A DNA stretch of 64,000 nucleotides from Chiloscyllium plagiosum (taxonomy: Eukaryota), in the NCBI RefSeq assembly GCF_004010195.1, contig NC_057749.1, positions 14,295,142 to 14,359,141 of the forward strand, given 5' to 3'. The position numbers and the translations under genes are program-made. Every line of letters begins with the position of its first letter. The first letter of the stretch is position 1. Below, piece by piece: positions 49,946-62,271 of this stretch. The notes beneath the pieces were generated by a model, which did no database searches, was not told the DNA's origin, and saw only the letters and a list, made by a program, of their open reading frames with translations.

Positions 49946-52900
49946 CGCAACAAAACCAAACATAATCTTTGTACAAAATGAAGAGTGAACAAATTTACAG
50001 TTAAAACCACTGAACTCAAGACTAAAAATGCTAGAATTTCATTATATTTTGTTGACATGTTTGGAAACATGAATAGTTGGAATAGAGTAATTAGCATCTT
50101 GGAACCAGCTTGCAATGAGCTCAAATATACCATCAGGAATCAGTGGCAGTTGATCATGTTTAATTTATTAAAATTACCAGTATCTTTCAATAGAAATGTA
50201 AGTTAGACTATATTCAATCAGATATAGAATCTCTACAATGTGGAAGCAAGCCATTCAGCAGCTCCAAATGAAAACACAGCTGAATCAGAAGTCATTCAAT
50301 TTTTTTTAAAAATACAAGTCATAAGTAAAATCAGCCCCAGGCTAACTTAGTAGAACTGACTTACGTTTCTTTAAAAATTAGCTATCTTTTCCAGGAGAAC
50401 AAAAAAGAACAAGCTTAAAACTCAGTTTTATAGGACAAAATATCAGAATGGTGAACACCAAAATCTATTGCAATTTTAAAGACGAAAAGGCTGGATAAAT
50501 GTCACCACAGTAAATGGTCTCTATATTTGCAAATTTTAATGCTCTTTTTGATATACATCTTTTGTACATAGATAAGGCCACAATTACTTTTGAAACTGAA
50601 AATGTGGTACAATATTCTAATATTCTGTGCAATCAAGCAATTAAGCCCTCTTGTTAAATAGATAACTTTGTTCAGCCACAACCTTTATTAGAAGTATTGT
50701 TGACACTGTTGCTTGTACCAGAAGATCGACATTGCATCCCAAGACTAGAATATATAATTGAGACCAAAATTGCATTAAGAGGAAGTGCTGCGTGTCAGAG
50801 ATATCAACTCTTTGACGAGACAATAGTTTGAGCTTAATTTATTCAACATCCACATGCAAACAGGAATAGTCCATTACAATATAAATTTTAGCAGTGTACT
50901 TCTGAGCAGAGCTTAGTGATCATTACCCTGAGCTGTCAAATCAATTATGCGTGGTAAATTATTAACATGAAGAAAATGTGCATCATGCCACTTAAATGGC
51001 CTTCATTCTTTGAAAATTCAACCACAAAATTCTTGTCATTTATTACCTTTAAGTTTTAAGACATTTTATTTTTTGGCTCAATACTCTTATTATACATTTG
51101 CCGAGAACTTTCCTAATCATGATTCAAGCCACTGACTTAAAGGTGACCAGTTAAGTAACTTGCTGCATGTTCAGTCTTGTAGAACAATCCAAGTTAACTG
51201 CTAATTTCAAAATTCAATTTGAATAGTTATTTACTTGTTACATCATTAAATCATTCATTTTGGCTGGAAAAAGGTTAAATATGAAAATGTAGCATACATT
51301 TGTATTTTCAAATATCAACATCTCTGTGCTGTCTTAAATATATTAGTCTAAATTCCAATGAAAACTTTCATACTTAGGAAGATTTTCCCAGTTACCACAG
51401 GCCCGTGGGTGTATTAACATAATTATGTAACAAAGGATAGCTGCAATACTGGTATTGCATCCTCAGAAGAATCACAAAGAACATGAAGAAATGTTTTAAT
51501 TGGCAATTAAGTGTCTTATAAATCCAATACTTTTCAAGAAATAGAATGAACAAATTTTAAATGGAATGGAGTTGAACCAATTTCATTTTGGACTTGTAAC
51601 AAAAACGAGGTAAGGTCGATATAATGGCAGAGATATCACAAAAAACTTTATATTATAAATGTGAGAACACCAAACAAAACTGTAAAATTGCTCAAAGACA
51701 CTCAAGGTAACAAATAATGGATGCTAAATTTTCAAAAATGAAGACCAAAGGTGCTGAGGTAAAATATTTTTCCTTTCTTTCAGGCATTGCAGAAACTGTC
51801 AATGGCAAGAATGGGGATGTACATCAATATTCTTCAGCTCATGAGGCAGAACAATGTATGTTAGAGTTTAAAGTGGTTGCGTTACCAAAAGCTGCTGTAT
51901 AAATACCAACATTTTCTACCCACGCTCCACCACCCGTTCCCCCATATCCAACCGGAAAGTAAAGCAAAACAATGGATTCGATTACCCAATTAACTAATTT
52001 TAGTAGCAGATTTATGAACACTAGTGATAATGACAATACAGCAAACTTGTTGTGACTCTGCAGTTACATCATTCAAAAAGCTTACTGTTCTACAAAGTTC
52101 CTTTTACTTTTTGACTAATTGTCCAGCTTTAAGATGTTAATAACATTGACAAAATCCTTGTTCTTTCTTCTCTTGCTAATCAGAGACAAACAGAATAAGT
52201 TAAAATGAACTATGGTCAGGTTTATACTTCTATTTTCTAAATGTGACCATGTATAAAGGTAAACAAATTTCTATTCAGTAAGAAAAAAATTAACCTACAC
52301 TAACACCAAGAAATCGTTTCGATTCTACACCTTTGTATATCCACATTTCACAAGAAAGATAATCTTAAATCCTCAATTTTAAAGCATTAAAGCTAAAAGT
52401 GAAAATCACCATTGCCCTCAAGAACAATAGATTGCTCTCTCATTAGAAAGAGATGACTGCTAGTGAGTTTAACCCAAGGGTCATCACAGTTCGGGGTGGG
52501 GGAAGGGGGGGGATTGTTGAGACGGTGGAGATTCACTCCGTCCTCAATCAATATGGGAATTTAAACATGTCGCATCACAAACTAGCCATCCACCCGACGA
52601 AGCTGACCAATTCCCATCTTAAACAGCAAATATGCTCACATAGAGTCCAAAGCAGCCTTCTAGCACCAGATTTAAAAACAAACTCATGATATTCATTTTA
52701 GACGCGACTGCAAAATCAAGTTGAACACAGACAACAACAGGATATGTAAACACTCTTTTGGTCAACTGGCTACTTCACCTTAGATTGTAAACCTTTTGCC
52801 TCTGGTTTTAGTAGCGATAATTTCTGTGATCATCTGGGCCAGCCTATTTAAAAACAAGGGACAGACAGACAACAAATGCTGTGCTGATTCGTGGCAGCCA

Positions 52901-53327
52901 CATTCCAAGAATGAATAAGACAAAAAAAAATAGATAATGCTCTGCTTTCCACTGTTGAAGGGAGGCAAGAAAGTACAATTGCACATTTTTTAAATAAACC
53001 CACAAAAGACATTCAGTACCAAAGGCTGCATGCTCCTGCATAGGCAATGTTTTATTTTAAATACAATACACAGACACTGAAAATTGTCTGACCATTTTCA
53101 GCCAATTCGCCAAGCATTTTTGTAATAATGCTCTTGATGTAACATGTAAATGAAACCAGTCTGAGATTTAATGCATTTCATAACAGATGGTGAAAGGTTT
53201 TTCAAGATAGTGTTTCAGACAATAATATGATTAATCAAAATAATTACAGCTAAATACTCAAGTATTATAAAGTCGCAATTCTTCAGAACCACATCTTTCA
53301 TTTAACAAACATATTCAAATAATATTT

Positions 53328-53450
53328 TCTGACGGGCATATGCCCGAAACATAGATTCTCCTGCACCTCGGATTCTGCCTGAGCTGCTGTGCTTTTCCAG
53401 CACCACACCTTTTGACTCTGATTCTCCAGCATCTGTGGTCCTCGCTTCCC
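53328..53450 (+). mobile_element. Variant A PLE end, starting within the hammerhead
   Basis: GGGCATATGCCCGAAAC...TGCTTTTCCAGCACCAC...CCAGCATCTG. Confidence 0.7.
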
Positions 53451-53785
53451 CCCAATGTACAGTACTGTGCCCAAGTTAATAAAGGGTGGCAGGATACTGG
53501 CCTCTCTGCAGTAATGTCATCAACCCTTTTTCTAAATTGACAGACTTTACATGATCCTGTAGAAATTATGGAAATATTCAGCTTCAAAATCCATGTCCTA
53601 ATTTAGAATCAGCATACCTCAAATGTAGTTTGAATGTGTGTGCGCACACGCGCGCAGAAACGTGGACTCACTGATGAGGGCCATACCTCTAATGATTTAA
53701 ATCAATGCAACATTCCTATAAAAGCCACTGTAGCATTCCTATCCTAACGATCCTGTATCAAAGGAATGGCATCAGAGCTTGGAAA

Positions 53786-54088
53786 GATTAGATATTAGAT
53801 TCCCTACAGTGTGGAAACAGGCCCTTCGGCCCAACAAGTCCACACTGACCTTCCAAACAGTAATCCACCAAGACCCATTTCCCTCTGACTAATGCGTCTC
53901 ATACTATGGGCAATTTAGCACAGCCAATTCACCGAAATCTTTGGATTGTGGGAGGAAACCAGAGTACCCTGAGGAAACCCATGCAGACACGGGGAGAATG
54001 TGCAAATTCCACACAGACAGTCACCCGAGCCTGGAATTGAACCCCAGGTCCTGGTGCTGTGAGGCAACAGAGCCAACCACTGTGCCAA
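53786..54088 (-). mobile_element. HE1-type V-SINE
   Basis: ATTAG tail, V-domain and head. Confidence 0.88.
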
Positions 54089-55024
54089 CATGTCACCCCA
54101 ACCAAAGACCAGAGGAAAAAAATAAACTTAACAGAAATGTGACATTCATAACCAGAATTTGTGCTTATACTTAAATACATAAAAGCCAAATTGATCACTT
54201 AAATAAAAAGTCTAGTTTTATTTTGCAAGGGACATGTGCAACCACACCTTGGCAGCCACATAACAAGGCTCAAGTTTTATTCTGATTAATTCTCACATAT
54301 CTCATGTTACTGGTACTTATATACAATGTGATGTATGATCAATCCAGATCTAAAGAAGCAGTGCTTAAAGTATCTCATTCCAAACTCCCAGATCCAAAAT
54401 TCAACTAGGAGAACTTAGCAAATCAAAAATAAGTACAATCAACTAGTGGCTGCATTTTGAATAATTCTCCAATAAACAGGCATGACAAAATGAGAATTTT
54501 AATAGCACATACAGCTTTCCTCAAATGTAGAGAGGTCAGTGAAAGCACTTTTGAATTGACAAAAAAAGTTGACAGAAGGAAATTATGTCACCCTTTCATC
54601 TTCTGAAAGATGAGCAGAGGTTGATGCAGTTCAGAAGCAATGTTGTCATCTTAATCATTCTCAGTTTCACCAATATTTAGTTTCATCCCTAGAGTAAATG
54701 TCAATTCATGAAATAGAGCCAAAGGCAAAATGAAGGGCAACAGATAATCTAGTTATTAACAGAGTTTCATTATAAATCCTATTTAGGAACACCTTCCTGA
54801 GGTGCTGGACAGCAAATAGGTGCAGACTGCAGAGCATGTGCCAGATGTAAACCTGGCCACAACAACTAAAAAAACAGTTAAGTTCATAACACAAGAGCGA
54901 ATTTTACTCAAATTTCTTTTCAGCATAAAATAAGATTAAGAACAAGCATTAAAGTTTCACCCTTAAAGGAGCTCCTGTGGCCTTCAAAAATGTAAAGTTT
55001 GACCTTTTTTGAATTGTTATTTAA

Positions 55025-55324
55025 TGTTGAATAGCAAGAGGCCATTTCTGGTGAGGGCATTTCTTGCCTATCCCTAAATATCCTTGAAATGTGTAGCTTA
55101 TCAGACCATTTCAGAGGACAGTTAAGAGTCAATCACATGGCTGTGGGTCTGAAGTCAAATGTAGGCCAAGCCAGGAAACGAAGATGGATTTTATTCCCTC
55201 AAGGACATTGGTGAACCAGACACGTTTCTACAACAATCGGCAATTGCTGCATGGTTGTCATTAGGCTGACTTACAATTCCAGATTTTTATTGAGTTCAAA
55301 TTTCACTATCTGCTGTGGAGGAGT
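55025..55324 (-). mobile_element. LINE/SINE-derived repeat, host of the solo LTR
   Basis: Shares GTAGGCCA...AGG and AATCAACCA/AGTCAATCAC blocks with 62050-62265; sequence resumes after 55558. Confidence 0.5.
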
Positions 55325-55554
55325 TGTAGTGGTTGTAATAAGGTCAGCCAGGTGGATCTCATAGGAGTTCTCTGATTGGACCAGAGTAAGAGCTCCAATC
55401 AGGGAGCCCTGGCTGACAGATAAGAACAAGAGTGTCAGACATCCTGTTCACTCTGGGAGTTGACTCTGACGAGGCTATACCAGAGTCAAGGGCTCTCCAT
55501 GTGTAAATAAATAGTGACTTGGTAATGGGATACCAGTCTGTGCGGCCTATTTCA
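55325..55554 (+). mobile_element. Solo LTR (Gypsy-like)
   Basis: TGT...TCA termini, internal AATAAA at about 55506, exact 4 bp TSD GAGT at 55321-55324 and 55555-55558. Confidence 0.8.
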
Positions 55555-55954
55555 GAGTTTGAACCCATATCCTCAGAATATTAGCCGAGGATAATATGGC
55601 ACGGCCCATCTCAGGTTCCATGAAATATGGCACAGAAAAACAATATTCAATTTAAATATAGCACAGCAAATAAGCCCAAGAGACAGAACCAATTGAGCAG
55701 TCGATGCTCCAAGCAGAACTATCTCAAATGCTGCTCCAACTCCTCCCATCAGAAGGTTCCTCTTGCCTGCCTTTGCAGAGACTGAAGCTATGATTGGTAG
55801 TTTACTGACGGCAAAAGAGAGGGAACCTATGATTGGAGGAGCTGGAGCAATCACACAGTGGGAACAGGAGAGAGGGAGATAGAGATAGAGAAAGGGGCTA
55901 ATATGGTGGCGGGTCCAGGACAGGGAATCCAGGGATCCTGTACAATACAAAAAA

Positions 55955-56075
55955 AGTGTGGATGCTAGGTCAGAAATAAAAACAGAAATTGCTGGGAAAC
56001 CTCAACAGGTCTTGCAGCATCTGTGGAGAGAAAGCAGAGTTAACGGTTTAGGTCCAATGACCCTTCTCCAGACTG
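55955..56075 (-). mobile_element. Variant C PLE end with degenerate hammerhead
   Basis: Minus strand GT-CTGGAGA-AGGGTCATTGGACCT-AAAC-CGTT-AAC; body matches 11520-11600. Confidence 0.6.
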
Positions 56076-56229
56076 CAATAAGCATTTTCAGCTCCAGGAA
56101 CATTGAATCAGAGTTCAAGAGCTTTATTACAAGCTGTGCCACAGGGAGGGGAGAGGTCACCTGGATACTTTGTTCCAGATGGAGGTCACACTCTTCAGAT
56201 TAGGTCATTCAATTAGGTCTGTGATCAGG

Positions 56230-56695
56230 GATGCAGTGTATCACTGCAGGTAAGACGGGTAAGTACAAGGACCAAGTGAATAGTGTCCCTGCCAGTTTCA
56301 AACAGTTATGAGGTTCCGGGATGCTGTGTGGATGAAAGCAGGGACTGCAGGAAAGATAAACAAACTGATCATGATACTGTAGTACAAGGAGCCATTCAAG
56401 TGGAGGATGAAAATAGGAACAGGGTAATGGTAGTGATAGTACAATTACTTAGGCTGACAGATGCTGTTCTCTGCAGCTGTAAGCAAGTGTCCTGAAAGCT
56501 GTGTTGTTTGCCTGGTGCCAGGTTTAAGTACATCTCAGGAATGGAGAGGGAGGAGAGGGGAGGGATCCAATTGTCATCATCTACGTCAATAACAACAGCA
56601 TTGATAGGGCCAGAAAGAAGATTTTGCTGAAAGGATTTGAGTAGTTAAGAACTAAATTAGGAAGCAAAAATATCGTAAGTAATAATCTTAGGATG
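56230..56695 (+). mobile_element. CR1 ORF1 (SGNH esterase-like) remnant
   Basis: Remnants of SN.YEV, CCLPGAR, G.DP.V.....N..I.R..K..LL..FE.L..KL.S. Confidence 0.7.
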
Positions 56696-56761
56696 ACCAT
56701 CTCAACCACAAACAAACTGTCCAGTAGAACAGGCTTCACTTGAGTCCTAGTGGTCGCAGTA

Positions 56762-57400
56762 ACCACACTACCATACATCAAGAGCATTTCCAAACTGACA
56801 ACCAGACTAGCCACACTACCATACATCAAGAACATTTCCGAACTGATAGCCAGACTACTGCGACCACTAGGACTCATAACAGCACACAAACCAACAAACA
56901 CTCTCAGACAACAACTCACCAGAACGAAGGGCCCAATACCCAGCATGAGCAAAACCCCATGCAAGGACTGCACAAAAAACTACATAGGACAAACAGGAAG
57001 ACAGCTAACGATCCGCATCCATGAACACCAACTAGCCACGAAACGACATGACCAGCTATCCTTAGTAGCCACACACGCAGATGACAAGCAAGATGAATTT
57101 GACTGGGACAACACTACTATTATAGGACAAGCCAAACAGAGAACAGCCAGGGAATTCCTAGAGGCACTGCACTCATCCACAAATTCAATCAATAAGCACA
57201 TCGCCCTGGACCAATATACCGACCACTGCAACAGACAGCTAGAACTGAAAACCGGAGCGGCAGATTCAAACCACTACAAATGCCGGAGGAAAGATCACAG
57301 AAGCGCTTCACAGGAGGCTCCCAAGCACTGAGGATGTCACCTAGACAGGGGACGAAACATCTGCAACACAAATTCCCAGCTCGGCGAACAGAACCACAAT
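56762..57400 (+). mobile_element. Penelope-like element 3' portion (GIY-YIG endonuclease), inactive
   Basis: LPYIKNISE..ARLLRP, PCKDC...YIGQTGR.L..RIHEH, H.....FDWDN..I......REFLEA.HS; ends in a hammerhead motif. Confidence 0.92.
57325..57364 (+). ncRNA. Minimal type I hammerhead ribozyme motif at the Penelope 3' end
   Basis: GCA-CTGAGGA-T-GTCACC-tagaca-GGGGAC-GAAA-CATC-TGC: stem I GCA/TGC, stem II with one mismatch. Confidence 0.75.
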
Positions 57401-57716
57401 AAATATATATCTTTATGTTTGTAGTGAGTCATGAAATATTTTATAGGAGACCTCAAAGCACAAGAGAGGGAGGGATAGATTTAAACAATGGTGGTGTGGA
57501 TAAAAGGCAACATTACTCACTTATAAATAAAAGTGTAAGTGTGAAAGTATGATGATGCAACTCTCTTTTTTAAGAAAAGATTCGGACTTTTTCCTGCTAA
57601 TTCCTCCTCCTAAACTCAGCTTTCAAGTTTGGAAATTACTGCTGGAACAACAATGGAAAAAAGAAAAAAAAAATTAAGTCCTTTTCAATGATTTCCTTTG
57701 TTGTGTTTTTCCAATA

Positions 57717-57940
57717 TTTAGGGAATATAGTTTAAAAATATAAACAGAGGGATAGAAACTAGTGGGGAAAGTCAGAATTTTTTCTGTCCTCCTTTTTCGA
57801 TCTTTCTTCAAATGTACAGAAATGTGCACCTGTGTCAAGATTGATAACCTGAAGACAATGTGCCTATTTTTGTTTTAGAAAGACATTTTGATATGTAGAA
57901 AAGGCTGGGAGTCCAGTTGATCATCCAGACCTTGTATTTA
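57717..57940 (+). repeat. Local direct repeat, copy 1 of 2
   Basis: 224 bp; 3 substitutions and 1 indel versus 59107-59329. Confidence 0.95.
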
Positions 57941-58721
57941 CTTTAATATATGTTGCTGAAGTGTGACAACAAGGTGGATGGGGTTGGGTGACAGGTGGCA
58001 ATGGTGATAGAGATGAAGGAGAACTGTTCAATTGTTGTTGGATATTTGGCTGTAAGCCTAGCACAGTGTCTTATTTCTTTAATATCCTTTAAATGGAGGC
58101 TGAAAGCAAGTTTACAAATTCCTACTTCAAGGGGAGTCTGGTTTCCTACTTAAATCTTTACATCTAAGGATCCCCTGTAAACCAAAACATAGCCCCCAAA
58201 ATCAAATTGTAGTCCCCAAAGAGAATACTCAGAAATAACTATTTTGATCCGAGTATTATACAAGCTGTGCATGAATATCAAATCAATTTAGAACATTAAA
58301 AAAAAATCTTATGACGTATTTCATTACAACTCATGCTAGGAAAAAGAAATGAAGAAATAAGTTTTAGACATAAAGAATCTGAAGGAATCAATTACATAAG
58401 TAACGTTGATGTCTAATCTGAATAATTTACAACACCTTCCAAATAAAATGCAAAGTTTTGCACAAGCAAAACTGAAAAGCAAATTTAAAGTAAGATTTCG
58501 TCAGAATCAGTGTCCACAATTTGACAGAAGAGATGATGAGCAATTTTTAAAAATGGAGAAAAGGAATATCAGGAGTAGCCTGAACAAGGTAGTGTGAAGA
58601 GTCACAGCAATCTATGAATGAATGCCTCAAAATTGTCTTAATATAGGGGTCTCTATTATACTCAGCTACCACTTGCAGAACTATATGCTCCATTATATGT
58701 CACTACAATGTTGAATGAATA

Positions 58722-58932
58722 CAAATCAGTTCTGCTACAACTTGCGTTTCTTCAACCTGAATTGGTTGAATAACACAATTGAAGAACTTAGACCATTATT
58801 TGTAAAATGCAAACTTTCCTTATTGTATTGGCTATAACGCGATTCAGGCCCCACTAGTTTAAATGGGGCTACTATGGCACTATTTCCTTATAACACAGGA
58901 ATGGAACTATCACATTATAAAAGAACAGACTG
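58722..58932. mobile_element. Tigger-like MITE, second copy
   Basis: TA on both flanks; inverted homologue of 23320-23522 (GCTATAACGCGATTC, AAACTTTCCT). Confidence 0.75.
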
Positions 58933-59106
58933 TATGTAGATATTAAAACGACTTCAATAATCATGTTAAAACTTTATTAGAAATTTTCAACCAGTGCAGC
59001 TTTAAGCAAGGTGCTCTGCTGTTTATCACATCACATACCATAATAAGCATTTCTTTTTAAAGAGAACCCTCAAGTTTAGTCTCAACTTGTATGAAGAATA
59101 GAAGAC

Positions 59107-59329
59107 TTTAGGGAATATAGTTTAAAAATATAAACAGAGGGACAGAAACTAGTGGGGAAAGTCAGAATTTTTTCTGTCCTCCTTTTTCGATCTTTTTCAA
59201 ATGTACAGAAATGTGCACCTGTGTCAAGATTGACAACCTGAAGACAATGTGCGTATTTTTGTTTTAGAAAGACATTTTGATATGTAGAAAAGGCTGGGAG
59301 TCCAGTTGATCATCCAGACCTTGTATTTA
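59107..59329 (+). repeat. Local direct repeat, copy 2 of 2
   Basis: Near-identical to 57717-57940. Confidence 0.95.
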
Positions 59330-60809
59330 TGAAAACTTTGTCAAAACTGTTGTTCAGTTGAATTGTTACTTGTTTATAGACTTCATTTTTCCCCACATGG
59401 GTTTTAAAAACATCATGAAATCTGTTATGATTAACTACATGCTTCTTTGAACAGAAATAAAAGTGTATGATCTTTAATGGAAAAGATGAGCAACATTTTT
59501 GGGAGAAACAAGTAAAATATGAAGTAAAAATATTTAAAGTTGAAAGGCAATTGCCATGCATAATTGAAGTGCAACTACGTATCCTACGTCATACAATTTT
59601 GCTCTACCGTTCCAGACACAAGAAGCAATAGAATCTGTGCCAGTTAGTTGTATCTCACCATCGCGAGAATGCAAACAGCAACAAGCATTATATCAAAATT
59701 GCAATTTCTGATTTATCCAGTTGACCTCAAGGCTCCCTCATTTATCTTTTCAGTTTATCTAGCTAGGTCTTGACACTGTAATTACTTAATTGCTACAATT
59801 AAACCTAAAATGTGCTTGTTCTAATTAAAGAAAGTGGCCAGTAATGTTGCATAAATTATAGTAAAGCATTTCAGACACATTGCACTCTAATTGTACAAAT
59901 GGGAGGGTATCAAATGAGTTAAAATCTGTTCCATTTACTAAATTTATTACAGTATAAACCAAATGCAATGTCCAAGCTCTGGCATTGAATACACTGGTGA
60001 GTTTTCCATTCACTATGGAATTGGAACCAATTGAAAGCCAATGTTTAAAAATGCAATTTGTAATTAGATTATCTGTGAAACAAACTCCATGTATAATGTA
60101 TCAGCAAAGGACAAACTAATATGCTGAATTTTCAATCTCAGCATATCAAATGAATTATGAACTGCAGTTTCTGTGTACTGGCCGCTATCAGTCAAACGGA
60201 CACAGCTGACACATACCAAATTCATTATGAAGAATAAATGCTGCCATTATCTCTGATCTGATTTACAGTCTTGGATCCTTCTATACAATGGCAATAAATC
60301 ATAGAGACAATTGTGAATACACAAGTTTCCCAGGAAAATGCCATCATGCAAAGAGATGACTCTCTCCCCTCAACCTTCTCACTTTACCACTCCACTTGAG
60401 TATCATGACTCTTATTGGGTTACATTGCCGAGGCACTGGCAGCTCTGTGATCTTAGCTAAGCCAGTGATTGTCTGCAAACTATCAGGAATAGGATGATAG
60501 GTTTTCAGAGGGAGTGTGAGGAGGATGATTGAAACTCATGATGGGGTAAAAGTGCATTTCTATTATTGTTGATTCATATCCATGTCAAATTGCCTCCCTC
60601 CTTTTGGGAAACAATTATCTTGCATCACTATCAGCAACCATAGGCATTCTGCTGATATATGTTATACCGCTTGCCTATTACATGCTCTTGGAATGACAAC
60701 CTAAAAGTTGACTTTTGGGTTAGCCTTGATCCTGAAACTATTCAAACAAAGAAACTAATCGAACGCTTAATAAAGTCATCTGTGCTAGTTTAACACTGTT
60801 CTAGAATCT

Positions 60810-61020
60810 ATGACTTGGGTCAATTAGTAACACTCATTGCTGAATCAAAAGGTTGTTGATTCAAGCCCTACTGAGAAGTTGAACCATATCAGCTAAGCTG
60901 ATATTTCAGTGGTGTATTAAAACTAAGGCAGTTTTGAAGCTGCCATACTTTGAATGACATGTTAGTCTGAGATGCTCAGATGGCTGTTCAATATGGCACT
61001 ATTTAAGGATAACATGGAGT
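60810..61020 (+). mobile_element. Deu-domain SINE (SacSINE1/AmnSINE-like), old
   Basis: AGTAACACTC...CTGAATCAAAAGGTTGTTGATTCAAGCCC head, then GCTGA...CAGTG, TGCC..CTTTGAATGACATGTTA, ATGGCACTATTT. Confidence 0.55.
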
Positions 61021-61199
61021 AACTGACTGTGGTTATAAGATTTGGCTACGTAGTTCCTAAAAATAGCTTTTGACGCTATTTTGCATCACTCTATCATCTC
61101 TTGAAAAACTAATACAAATGCAGTACTAGAATTATAATGCAGAATTGTCCAATGGTAATAATAATTGGAGGAAGTATAGCTAATGTAGGACAGTATCCT

Positions 61200-61770
61200 C
61201 TGAAAAGCTGACCCCTAACTCTTTCTCAATTCTGCAATTCAAGAGAAAGATGAGGAGTGCAGGCGTTAACAGACACGGTCATTCATATATGAAAAATGTT
61301 TGAAGAATAATTAACATAAATGTTGCTCATGGGCATGTGCCCATGGAGATGGGGTATCGCTGCTTTAGCTAATATATAAACCAGCAGACCTAGAGTACTC
61401 GAGGCCAGAAACAATAGAATTCCTCTAGGTGTATGCGTGACAAGGAATACACATTTTGAACACCAAACACATTGAAATTGGACCGAGACACCTCAGAGTG
61501 GAACATGATGGAGGGAGAAAAGTTTGAATCTATTCACTTTGTAATTTTCAACTGGAAATGTTTTGGCCTTGGGCTGTATCTATACCACCATATGTATATT
61601 GAAAGTACTAAAAGTTTTAGAATCTTTTAGATCATGGATCATGCTGTATGGAGACAAGTTGAATTTTGTTGCCCATTCTATAATTTTCAAGTTCAAATGT
61701 ATTTTTATATACTTTTACAAATTTTATGAATAAAGTATGTATTTGGAAAAATTAAAAATAAAAATAAAAC
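61200..61770 (+). mobile_element. Possible L1/Tx1-like 3' end
   Basis: Ends TTTTATGAATAAAGTATGTATTTGG plus an A-rich tail; no clear ORF. Confidence 0.3.
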
Positions 61771-62271
61771 AATAACAGCACACAGCACACTTACATACAA
61801 GCTTATACTGTAGTTAATTCTATAAAGTTACTGCACTTTGGAGCACCTTAAAAATTGCACTGAGCTACCATGACCACTAAAACATGTAGCATTCAAGCAC
61901 CTCATTTTGTCTGTGAGCCTTGATGATACTGGTTTCATGGCATTGCATGTAATGTGTAAATCAATAAAGATAACTGATCAAATGTTTCTTTACTTTGAGT
62001 ATTCCTGCCTTTATTAAACAGGAAGATTATGATTATTTTCTTCACTCTGCCATAGGATGTGAACATCACGAGCAAAGCCAGCACCTGTTATCTGTCCATA
62101 ATTTCTCTTAAAATGGCTGTCTCGGTCACTTCATAGAGCAGTTGCCAATCAACCATATTACTGTCCATCTGGAGTCACACGTAGGCCAGACTAGGTAAGA
62201 ACATTGGACTTCACAGAATTAAACAGACTTTCACAAGAACTGATGAAAGCTTCACAGTCACCATGAACCTG

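Noticed and set aside
56750..57331. 193-aa ORF as a functional host nuclease gene
   Set aside because: It is a 5'-truncated Penelope fragment with a non-ATG start, a duplicated N-terminus and a missing motif.
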